Source: Dehalococcoidia bacterium (GTDB lineage Bacteria > Chloroflexota > Dehalococcoidia > Lucifugimonadales > UBA1123). Taken from it: DNA of 64,000 bases. Below, piece after piece: positions 1 to 9,302 of this stretch (its first letter is position 1; every line of letters starts with the position of its first letter). The stretch covers positions 13,444 to 77,443 of the forward strand of contig DAOULF010000259.1 in the NCBI GenBank assembly GCA_034420555.1, in the 5' to 3' direction. The notes under the pieces are model-generated. The model was not told where the DNA came from and did no database searches. It saw only the letters and a program-made list of their open reading frames with translations. A program made the translations under genes and the position numbers.

Positions 1-2
1 TC

Positions 3-893
3 GTGGTCAAGAGGCCGCATCCGACGCTGGTTTCTCGGAATATGCACGGCGATGTCGAGAAGCGGACGCTGCTCCAGGCGGAGATTCGGACGCGGATCGA
101 GGATATGGCGAGTCTTGTAAAGCTGCATAGATTGACCGAACGGGATTCTTTCGGCTGGTACTTCGGCGACGACCTCGGCAACCCCTACTCAGTCCAGGTC
201 GAGGAACGGGCCAAGGGCGTCCCCCTGGTCGGGAGCGTGTCGGACATGATAAGAGGGCATCCGGCCGGCTTGCCGCTCAACCTGTTCGTTCTGCATCCGT
301 CAAGTGAACACATCGGTCGAGGGTATGCGAATCCCGCGCTCAGCGCGCTTGGGATCATAGAACGCTTCTATGAGGAAGGTTACCTGGCGCAGGACCTTGG
401 ACCGCAGAACGTGTTCTTCTCTCCCGCGTCCGGCACGAGCAGGGTGATTGACCTGGGAACGCTGCGAGAGCCGAGCGCAGCTACTCCACGCCGTCCCGCG
501 TTCGACCTGAACGACATTCTGTTCGACGTGTTCCGGCTATACACCACCCCGGAGAAGCCGCTGAGAGAGGCGGAGCAGTTCGCCCGGACACGGGAATTTC
601 GGCTGTCGGGGACGCTGGAACGAAAGGCCGAGTCGCTTTCCAAAGAGTACGCGGCAACGGACACAGGCCGGGCCGATTCCGCGCTGAAGATACTGTCCGC
701 GATTGGGCGGCGTGAGTACGACTCGCCCCTGCGTTTCGAGGCGGACTTCCAGAATTACCTTGCGGCAGCCGAGGCCGTCGAGAGAGACGGCGACGCCCAA
801 GAAGCCTGGCGCGCGGCGCTCCGGGAACTGAAGTCGCCGTACTGGAGGAAGTACCTGTTCGACGCCGGCGCCGAACTGCGCGGGCTGGTCTGA
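3..893 (+). CDS. protein-kinase-like fold protein, C-terminal part (5' end outside window)
   Basis: The ORF is open at the window edge. YLAQDLGPQNVFF resembles a kinase catalytic loop (D..N) and VIDLGTL resembles a DFG-type segment. No closer family is recognisable. Confidence 0.35.
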   Translation: MVKRPHPTLVSRNMHGDVEKRTLLQAEIRTRIEDMASLVKLHRLTERDSFGWYFGDDLGNPYSVQVEERAKGVPLVGSVSDMIRGHPAGLPLNLFVLHPSSEHIGRGYANPALSALGIIERFYEEGYLAQDLGPQNVFFSPASGTSRVIDLGTLREPSAATPRRPAFDLNDILFDVFRLYTTPEKPLREAEQFARTREFRLSGTLERKAESLSKEYAATDTGRADSALKILSAIGRREYDSPLRFEADFQNYLAAAEAVERDGDAQEAWRAALRELKSPYWRKYLFDAGAELRGLV

Positions 894-904
894 GATTCCT
901 GGGA

Positions 905-2014
905 CTATCCCGCGAATATGTCCTCCGGCAGGAACGCCGACACTGTTACGTTGGGCAGGTCAACTATGTTGCTGATTCGCAGGTCAACCGCCACCGAGCA
1001 GATCGCGTATGCCTGCTCCGCCGTGTATCCCCTCTCGCATAGAAGCTCTATCATGTCCAGCAGCGCGTTTCGCGCCGCGAGCGTCACATCCTCGCCCTCC
1101 TGGGTTCCATCCTCCCGTATCGGGTAGCCCATCGTGGCGGTGAAGTTCCTCGGGACTGAGTAATCGGGCGGCAGGAAGTATCCGGGGTGGGAGAACCTGG
1201 GAGTGCGGATATTCCTGCGCTCAGCCTCCCCCTTGTGGACTCTGAAACGCGCGCCCACCGTCGCGCCCATCTCTATGGCGGTTATGCATACCTCACCGTC
1301 TCCCTGGGCGAAATGGCCGTCCCCGACTGAGTAGAGCGCGCCCTCGACCGCCACCGGAACGTAGAGCCGGGAGCCGCGAGTTAGCTGTTTTATGTCCATA
1401 TTGCCCGCGTTCTCGCGCGGAGGGACGGTGCGAAGTCCTTCCTCGCCGATGCGACCGCCAGGAACGGCGTCCTGGATGTCGGGAGGCTGTACGATTCCAC
1501 CGCGTTCGAGCAGCTCCTGTTCCCGGCGAGTCCACGCCGCAAGCTGCTCATGGGAAGGCGCGACTCCAGCCGTTCCCATGAAAGACCCATCGGGTATTCG
1601 CACGCCCGGGATTTGTTCGGAGGTGGCGTAGCCGTGTTCTATATTCCAGTGCGCCACGAAAGGCTCGGTGAACACGTCCCTGAGAAAGCCCGCCCCGGGC
1701 CGGAAGCGTGTCCAGCCGTATGGCTCGGGGAATATGTCAACGTACTCGATTTCCAGGAGGTCTCCCGGTTCCGCCCCCTGCACGTAGATAGGACCGGTGA
1801 GCGGGTGGCTGACCTTCTGGTCCATCGCCTCCATGTCGGCAGCGACGGTGCCCGGGTTCATCTGGCCGTCGGAAGCGTCGCGGGTCTCGATTATGATGTT
1901 CTCGTTCTCGCCCACCTCGAGTATCGGGGGAATATCGGGATGCCAGCGGTTGTGCCCGGTTTCGGGCTGTTCTCTGAGTCTTTTGGTCCTGTCTATCTTC
2001 ACGAACTGAGTCAT
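905..2014 (-). CDS. acetamidase/formamidase family amidohydrolase
   Basis: The N-terminus MTQFVKIDRTKRLREQPETGHNRWHPDIPP and the overall sequence are typical of the FmdA/AmdA family. I preferred the ATG at 2014 over the longer start at 2053. Confidence 0.8.
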   Translation of the reverse strand: MTQFVKIDRTKRLREQPETGHNRWHPDIPPILEVGENENIIIETRDASDGQMNPGTVAADMEAMDQKVSHPLTGPIYVQGAEPGDLLEIEYVDIFPEPYGWTRFRPGAGFLRDVFTEPFVAHWNIEHGYATSEQIPGVRIPDGSFMGTAGVAPSHEQLAAWTRREQELLERGGIVQPPDIQDAVPGGRIGEEGLRTVPPRENAGNMDIKQLTRGSRLYVPVAVEGALYSVGDGHFAQGDGEVCITAIEMGATVGARFRVHKGEAERRNIRTPRFSHPGYFLPPDYSVPRNFTATMGYPIREDGTQEGEDVTLAARNALLDMIELLCERGYTAEQAYAICSVAVDLRISNIVDLPNVTVSAFLPEDIFAG

Positions 2015-2099
2015 GCGTGAACTCCACTCCCTCCGAATAACGCCCGCCCGCATTGTCCCGGTCGGCGTCGCCTCTGGCGCGAAAATTTCACCCGCAGCC

Positions 2100-2864
2100 T
2101 CACCCCGTAAACGGGTAGTCGTCCGCGGAGTCCTGGGGTTCCCAGCCCAGGACTTCCTTCGGGTGTGTGAGGTCCCTGTAGTTCCACTTGTTGTTCGAGA
2201 CCGCGAAGAAGATGTCGAACTTGAGGTCGTCCGGCGCGTCTATGCACGCCTTCAGATGTGTGGCGACGTCGCGCTGACTCAGATATATGGCATTCTCGCG
2301 CATAGTCCTGGGGCGGTCGCCCTGAGTTACCGATCCAATCCGAACGCAGATCATGCTCATGCCGTAATCATCCGAGAAGTGGCGGGACAGGGCCTCACCC
2401 CACACCTTTGCGGCTCCGTACAGCGCCTCCGGCCTGACGTCCTCGTGAGTGAGCCTGCGGAAATCGGGCGGCACTTTGTCGTAGTTGCCCGTCGCTATAT
2501 CTGAATACGGAGGAATACGTTCGAAACCGCGTATGGCGTTGCCGCTCGAGGCGAATATCACTCGCTTGGCTCCCGCACGTCTGGCGGCCTCGAATACATT
2601 GTACGTACCCAGAACATTGCTCGCGTGCTGACCTTCCCAGTCCTGCGAACCCAGGTAGGCGGCAAGATGTACGACGACATCCTGGCCCTCGAATGCAGGC
2701 GAGATGCTTTCCAGGTCGGAGATGTCGGCGCGAACCGTTCGCACTCCCTCCACCTCTCTCCTGTTGAGGGCGGTAAGCTCATAGCCACCCGCCTCCAGCA
2801 GGCTATCCTTCAGAACGCCTCCTATCAACCCGCTCATTCCCGTAATCAATACTTTCTTGGTCAC
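2100..2864 (-). CDS. NAD-dependent epimerase/dehydratase family SDR
   Basis: It has the Rossmann motif KKVLITGMSGLIGG and the catalytic YGAAK (YxxxK). The GTG at 2864 is preceded by GGAGAG. The longest ORF starts at a TTG at 2918. Confidence 0.75.
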   Translation of the reverse strand: MTKKVLITGMSGLIGGVLKDSLLEAGGYELTALNRREVEGVRTVRADISDLESISPAFEGQDVVVHLAAYLGSQDWEGQHASNVLGTYNVFEAARRAGAKRVIFASSGNAIRGFERIPPYSDIATGNYDKVPPDFRRLTHEDVRPEALYGAAKVWGEALSRHFSDDYGMSMICVRIGSVTQGDRPRTMRENAIYLSQRDVATHLKACIDAPDDLKFDIFFAVSNNKWNYRDLTHPKEVLGWEPQDSADDYPFTG

Positions 2865-3078
2865 GCTGCTCTCCTGGAATCTATGATGTACTCGATTAAG
2901 CCCCGCAAGATTATGCAATTAATTGTCGGCGTCAGACGCTGTTCTCCTATTTTGACATCCCGTAGCAAATAGTCAACGCTTGGGATTGTCGGGATAAGTA
3001 TCCAAACGCCACCTTACCCAGAGTTGGGGTATAATACATAATGTGGTAGAATACCGCCCCCTGAACTAAGAAAGTAAT

Positions 3079-4514
<1,436 letters not shown>

Positions 4515-4518
<4 letters not shown>

Positions 4519-4622
4519 CGCCGCGACAGCTTAGTTGTGATGGATATCCAGATTCCGACTTATCCCCTCTCCCTCTGGGTGAGGGTAGATAAGCCGCCAT
4601 TTCAAAGATGTTGAACCACTAG
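4515..4622. repeat. CTAG-bounded miniature repeat, family A-long, copy 1 (contains CCCTCTCCC..GGGTGAGGG hairpin)
   Basis: It is roughly 85 percent identical by eye to 18370..18483. Its left CTAG contains the rpoD TAG stop. Its right CTAG contains the stop (4619-4621, minus strand) of the deacetylase gene. Confidence 0.75.
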
Positions 4623-5317
4623 CGTCCTATGACGACGCGCTTGAACCCTTCGGCCAGCCCTCCTCCGATATGCTCCCCGGTCTCCGCGGATCGCTCTCGC
4701 AGCCAAGCCTCACGTTCCTCCCTTGGACTGCCCATCTGGCTGACGTGGCAGTACAGCGCGTCCACCTTTGTGACAAATGTCTCGGTTATGTCAACGAACA
4801 CATCCGGCTCCTGGGGCCTGAATAGCCACACTTCACGGACGTTGAACGGCTCCAATCCCTCTTCTATCAACTCAGGAAATGCCAGATGGTCCCGCGCGTA
4901 TGGAAAAACGGCGTCCAGGGTCACCCGACCCGTGTTGTAATGATCGCGGTGCCTGATATAGCGGTCGCTGCCGGGGTCTATCGTAACTACGAGGTCAGGA
5001 CGATGCTTCCTGATCTGGCGACTCAGCGCCAGCCTGAACTCGCGGCAGTCTTCCAGGTTCTGGTCCGGGAATCTCAGGAACACGACCTCTTCGACGCCCA
5101 GAACTTCGGCGGCGTCGAGTTGCTCCTTCTCTCGTATAGCCGCCAGCTTTTCGGGTTTGAGGTTCCTGTCGCTCGTTCCCTTGTCGCCATTGGTGCAAAC
5201 AACCAGAACGACTTTCTTGCCTTCTTTGGCGAACCTGGCGATTGTTCCTCCGGCTCCCCCTTCCGCGTCATCGGGGTGCGGCGTTACGACGAGAATTGTG
5301 TTACTTGGATTGGTCAT
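4619..5317 (-). CDS. PIG-L/LmbE family N-acetylglucosaminyl deacetylase
   Basis: ILVVTPHPDDAEGGAGGTIARF is the hallmark PIG-L motif (PHPDD). Confidence 0.8.
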   Translation of the reverse strand: MTNPSNTILVVTPHPDDAEGGAGGTIARFAKEGKKVVLVVCTNGDKGTSDRNLKPEKLAAIREKEQLDAAEVLGVEEVVFLRFPDQNLEDCREFRLALSRQIRKHRPDLVVTIDPGSDRYIRHRDHYNTGRVTLDAVFPYARDHLAFPELIEEGLEPFNVREVWLFRPQEPDVFVDITETFVTKVDALYCHVSQMGSPREEREAWLRERSAETGEHIGGGLAEGFKRVVIGR

Positions 5318-5444
5318 GCTATTGCCAGTCTCCTCTGTCCGATTTCATGTCCGGTATGATGTATCCTATATCCTGGATAGAACATACTAACATTGCAGGG
5401 GGGGTTATTTGTACACGACTTCACATAGGGGCAGGCGACAGTAG

Positions 5445-7919
5445 ATGAAGCGCGTTACTTCACCGCAGGAGTTTCTCGGCTTCAGGGTGGGAGACGACAG
5501 GAAACTGGCCGGTTGGGCTGACATGGTCGGCTATTTCGAACGCCTTGAGACGGAGAGCGACAGGCTCGTCGTAACTGAGATAGGTAGATCAACAGAGGAT
5601 CACCCCTTCAACCTATGCGTCATCAGTTCGGCGGATAACATCGAGCGGCTGGATGAGTATAAGGCGATTCAGCAGTCCTTATCCGACCCTGAGCCGCTCG
5701 GTTCACGAGAGGCCGAAGACTCTATTCGCCGCGCCCGGGCCGTTGTCGCCGTAACTTGCAGCATCCACGCGACCGAAGTGGGCGGCAGCCAGATGTCGCT
5801 CGAACTGGCTCACCTGCTTGCCTCCTCTGACGAGGAAAGAGTCCGCTCCATTCTGGAGAACGTGATTCTTCTCCTTGTCCCCACCATGAACCCCGATGGA
5901 CTGATTCGCGTCAAGGACTGGTATGACGCTTCGCTCGGAACTCACTTCGAGGGATCTATTCCGCCCTACTTGTATCACAAGTACACCGGGCACGATAACA
6001 ACCGCGACTGGTTCATGTTCACCCAGAAGGAGACCAGGCTGGTCGTGGAGCACATCCACAACGCCTGGCATCCGCACATTACCTACGACATCCATCAGAC
6101 TCGCGCCGACGGAATGAGGATGATTCTCCCTCCCCTGCTCGATCCCATCGGACCGAACGTGGATCCGGTCATACAGAGCGAGATGGCGGCGCTCGGAGCA
6201 CATATGGCAGCCCAACTAGTCTCCGAGGGCAAGGCCGGAGTCGCCATGAACATGGTCTATGACTCATACAGCCCCAGCCGCTCGTATCCTCACTACCACG
6301 GGGGCCTGAGAATACTTTCAGAGGCGGCCAGCGCAAAGATAGCCACCCCCATTGACATTCCCGCATCCGCCCTGCGCGAGGACAGAGGCGAAACGCCGAA
6401 AACCAAGTCCTGGAAGCACCCCCTTCCATGGAAAGGCGGCGTCTGGAAACTCCGCGACATCGTTGATTACAACCTCTCCGCTGCCATGGCCTGCCTCGAT
6501 CATGCCGCTCACAACCGGGGCTGGTGGGTCGGAAACAGCTATGATGTCCTCAAGAGAGCGTCAGCCAGCCAGTCCAATCCATACGCATACGTGATACCGA
6601 AGGCCCAGCACGACCCCAGCGCCGCCGACGAACTTCTGGAACTCATGGAGTTTGCCGAAGTCCGCATCCACCGCGCAGAGGAGTCTTTCAACCATGAAGG
6701 CTTCGAAGTCGAGGCGGGAGATAACCTGATCTTTACCCAACAGCCCTTCGGGTCTTTCGCGCAGACAATGCTTGAAACCCAATCGTACCCGGACATCCGC
6801 GAATATCCGGCCGGTCCGCCCAAGCAGCCTTATGATGCGACATCCCACAGCCTGCCGCTTTCGATGGGCGTGGAATGTTACGAGTTGAAGACACCCATAA
6901 GTGCCCGAACGAGTCCGCTAGGAAAGCCTGCTTCTGTAAACAGGCGTCAAGCGCGGCCCGTGATTGCCGAAGCGCCCGCCTACGCGCTGGAGGCGACATC
7001 CAACGCCTCGGTGTCAATAGTCAACCGGCTCTTGTTCAGTGGGCATCCCGTGCTGCGGGCATACTCCCCTACGCACTCTGGAAGTGAAGAGCTGGCCTCC
7101 GGAACCTGGTTGCTGCCCGCTTCCGACGCCTCTCGCGAAGTCCTCTCTTCGACGAACTTGAGGGTCGGCGTTCGACCGGTCGAGACCCGACCGGAAACAG
7201 GGATCAGACTACTGCGACCGCCAAGAATCGGCGTGTATGCGAGCTATGTTCCGAGTATTGAGGAAGGATGGACCCGGTATGTGTTCGACAGCTACGGCTT
7301 CGAGTACACGTCGCTCGTGGATAGCGACATAAAAGAACTCGCTCTGGAAAGCCGTTTCGACTGCATAATCATTCCACACCAGAGGGTCAGACAGCTGCGC
7401 CGCGGATTCAGCAGCGCCCACTACGCGCCACGCTTTTCCGGCGGGTTGGGAGACAGGGGCATCGCGGCGCTGCGAAGGTTCGCCGAGCGTGGGGGAACGA
7501 TCATCGGCTGGGACGATTCAAGCCGGCTGCTCTCTCATCATCTGAAACTGCCCGTCAGCAACCCGCTCGCCAGACTGCAAAGTTCGGACTTCTTCGCTCC
7601 CGGCAGCCTGCTGAGGATAGACGTTGATAACACTCATCCCATCGGGTTCGGAATGCCGGCTAACGCCGCAGCGCTGTACATGAACGGCCCGGCCTACCGG
7701 GTGGAAAAGGGCGATACGATAGCGCGCTTCTCGGAAGAGGAGACGTTGCTGAGCGGACTGCTCATCGGCCAGGAACATATAGCGGGCCTCTCAGCGCTGG
7801 TGTCGGTGCCGGTTGGACTCGGTAAGGTTATCCTGTTCGGGTTCAGACCCCACTTCAGAGCGCAGGCGAGAGGCGCTTATAAGCTCCTGTTCAACTCGGT
7901 GTACGATTCGGTCAAGTAA
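5445..7919 (+). CDS. M14 family zinc carboxypeptidase-like protein with large C-terminal extension
   Basis: HATEVGGSQMSLELAHLL (HxxE zinc site), NPDG and HDNNRDW are typical of peptidase M14. The C-terminal part resembles a GATase1-like domain. Confidence 0.75.
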   Translation: MKRVTSPQEFLGFRVGDDRKLAGWADMVGYFERLETESDRLVVTEIGRSTEDHPFNLCVISSADNIERLDEYKAIQQSLSDPEPLGSREAEDSIRRARAVVAVTCSIHATEVGGSQMSLELAHLLASSDEERVRSILENVILLLVPTMNPDGLIRVKDWYDASLGTHFEGSIPPYLYHKYTGHDNNRDWFMFTQKETRLVVEHIHNAWHPHITYDIHQTRADGMRMILPPLLDPIGPNVDPVIQSEMAALGAHMAAQLVSEGKAGVAMNMVYDSYSPSRSYPHYHGGLRILSEAASAKIATPIDIPASALREDRGETPKTKSWKHPLPWKGGVWKLRDIVDYNLSAAMACLDHAAHNRGWWVGNSYDVLKRASASQSNPYAYVIPKAQHDPSAADELLELMEFAEVRIHRAEESFNHEGFEVEAGDNLIFTQQPFGSFAQTMLETQSYPDIREYPAGPPKQPYDATSHSLPLSMGVECYELKTPISARTSPLGKPASVNRRQARPVIAEAPAYALEATSNASVSIVNRLLFSGHPVLRAYSPTHSGSEELASGTWLLPASDASREVLSSTNLRVGVRPVETRPETGIRLLRPPRIGVYASYVPSIEEGWTRYVFDSYGFEYTSLVDSDIKELALESRFDCIIIPHQRVRQLRRGFSSAHYAPRFSGGLGDRGIAALRRFAERGGTIIGWDDSSRLLSHHLKLPVSNPLARLQSSDFFAPGSLLRIDVDNTHPIGFGMPANAAALYMNGPAYRVEKGDTIARFSEEETLLSGLLIGQEHIAGLSALVSVPVGLGKVILFGFRPHFRAQARGAYKLLFNSVYDSVK

Positions 7920-7955
7920 AGCAGAGACCCTCACGGGCATCTAATCTCTGCTTTC
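7919..7955. terminator. stem-loop between convergent M14 and MFS genes
   Basis: AAAGCAGAG (7919-7927) pairs with CTCTGCTTT (7947-7955) across a 19-nt loop. It overlaps the last codons of the MFS gene. Confidence 0.3.
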
Positions 7956-9017
7956 CTCGGGCGCCTTGACCGACCTGAACATTGCGTACAGGGCCCCGTT
8001 GTAAACCAGCTTGATGAGACTGCCCACTATTATCGGAATGCCGAGCGTGGTCGCTTGCGCTACCACCCCCGCCAGCGCGGGACTGACCGCCTGTGCCATC
8101 GTCCTTCCCAGGTTGGTTACGCTTGCAGTCGCGGTCCGAGCTTCCGTCGGGACAATCGCCATGGAGTAGGACTGCCGCGTAGGAATATCCATGTCGTTTA
8201 TCAGCTCCCTTATCAGGAAGAACAGGACTGCCAGCAGCCAGTTTCCGGTAAGCGCCATGAGAATCATCACCGAGTTGGCGAGCCCCTGCGATGCGGCCAT
8301 CGTCGTTATCAGCCCGATGCGGCGGGCTATCGGAACGGCCAGCATTATGGACACGGCGTTGAGAATCTGTCCGGCGAAGAATATAGCCGCTATCGTCTCC
8401 AACGACATATTGAATCGGTTGGCGAAGAAGAACGACATGAAGCTCTGGACCATGAAACCGCCGCCGAGCGAGTCCAGGCTGAAGAGCGCGGCCAGTTGAA
8501 TCATGATAGTCCGCGCGCTGCGTGGCATATCGGGAGGGGGTTCGGATTCGGGAGACGTAGCGGGCAGCGACTCCGCGCTAGGCGTCAGTCTCCAGTATAT
8601 CGCTACGCCGGCGAAGGCGACGACGGAGTACACGAGAAACATTACCTTGTACGAAGCCACCTCTTCCATGCCAAGCCATGCCTGAAGCACGGCTGGCACG
8701 GCTATCATCAGCGAGCCAAGCGCCTTCGTCAGTCTGCCCACCAGGTTGTACCAGCTAAACAGCATCGTGCGCTGCGATGAAGACCCGGACTGGGCCAGTA
8801 TCGCCATGTCCAGCGACAGGAAGGCGGTTCTGTCGCCTCCGGTGGACGTGGTCATTGCCATGAGCGAGACTGCTACCAGAAGCGCAGCCTCCTCGGTCAG
8901 GGGAAAGAGAATGCCGCCCAGACCCATTAGCAAGGCCATGGCCACGAGCATCCGCCGTCTCCCAATCGTGTCCCCTCTCCAGCTTGCGACGATGTTGGAC
9001 AGGGTTCCTCCGGCCAT
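7941..9017 (-). CDS. MFS transporter (N-terminus probably extends to about 9170)
   Basis: It has many TM segments and the MFS motif A DTIGRRRM just after the annotated ATG. The in-frame upstream sequence encodes TM1/TM2 (KVVVIASAIRSLDYGFISVFLGVYL..) but contains no ATG, GTG or TTG. Confidence 0.7.
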   Translation of the reverse strand: MAGGTLSNIVASWRGDTIGRRRMLVAMALLMGLGGILFPLTEEAALLVAVSLMAMTTSTGGDRTAFLSLDMAILAQSGSSSQRTMLFSWYNLVGRLTKALGSLMIAVPAVLQAWLGMEEVASYKVMFLVYSVVAFAGVAIYWRLTPSAESLPATSPESEPPPDMPRSARTIMIQLAALFSLDSLGGGFMVQSFMSFFFANRFNMSLETIAAIFFAGQILNAVSIMLAVPIARRIGLITTMAASQGLANSVMILMALTGNWLLAVLFFLIRELINDMDIPTRQSYSMAIVPTEARTATASVTNLGRTMAQAVSPALAGVVAQATTLGIPIIVGSLIKLVYNGALYAMFRSVKAPEESRD

Positions 9018-9302
9018 GACCGCGCTGAGGACGATCCCTAGCTGGAGAGGCGTGAATTCGAGCAGGTCGAGATAGACGCCGAGAAAGACGCTGATGAAGC
9101 CGTAGTCCAGGGAGCGGATCGCGGACGCTATGACAACTACCTTCCCGTTTCGGTCAACAGTTGGGACCAGGGAGTTGCGAATCGTGTTGAGTGAATTCCG
9201 AATTTGAGTGCGTCCCTTGCGACAAGACTATCCTGGGTCGCGACCCAAGCGGCCATAAGCGCCGGCGACTAAGATATAGATTGCGCCGGTAACGACCTGC
9301 GC

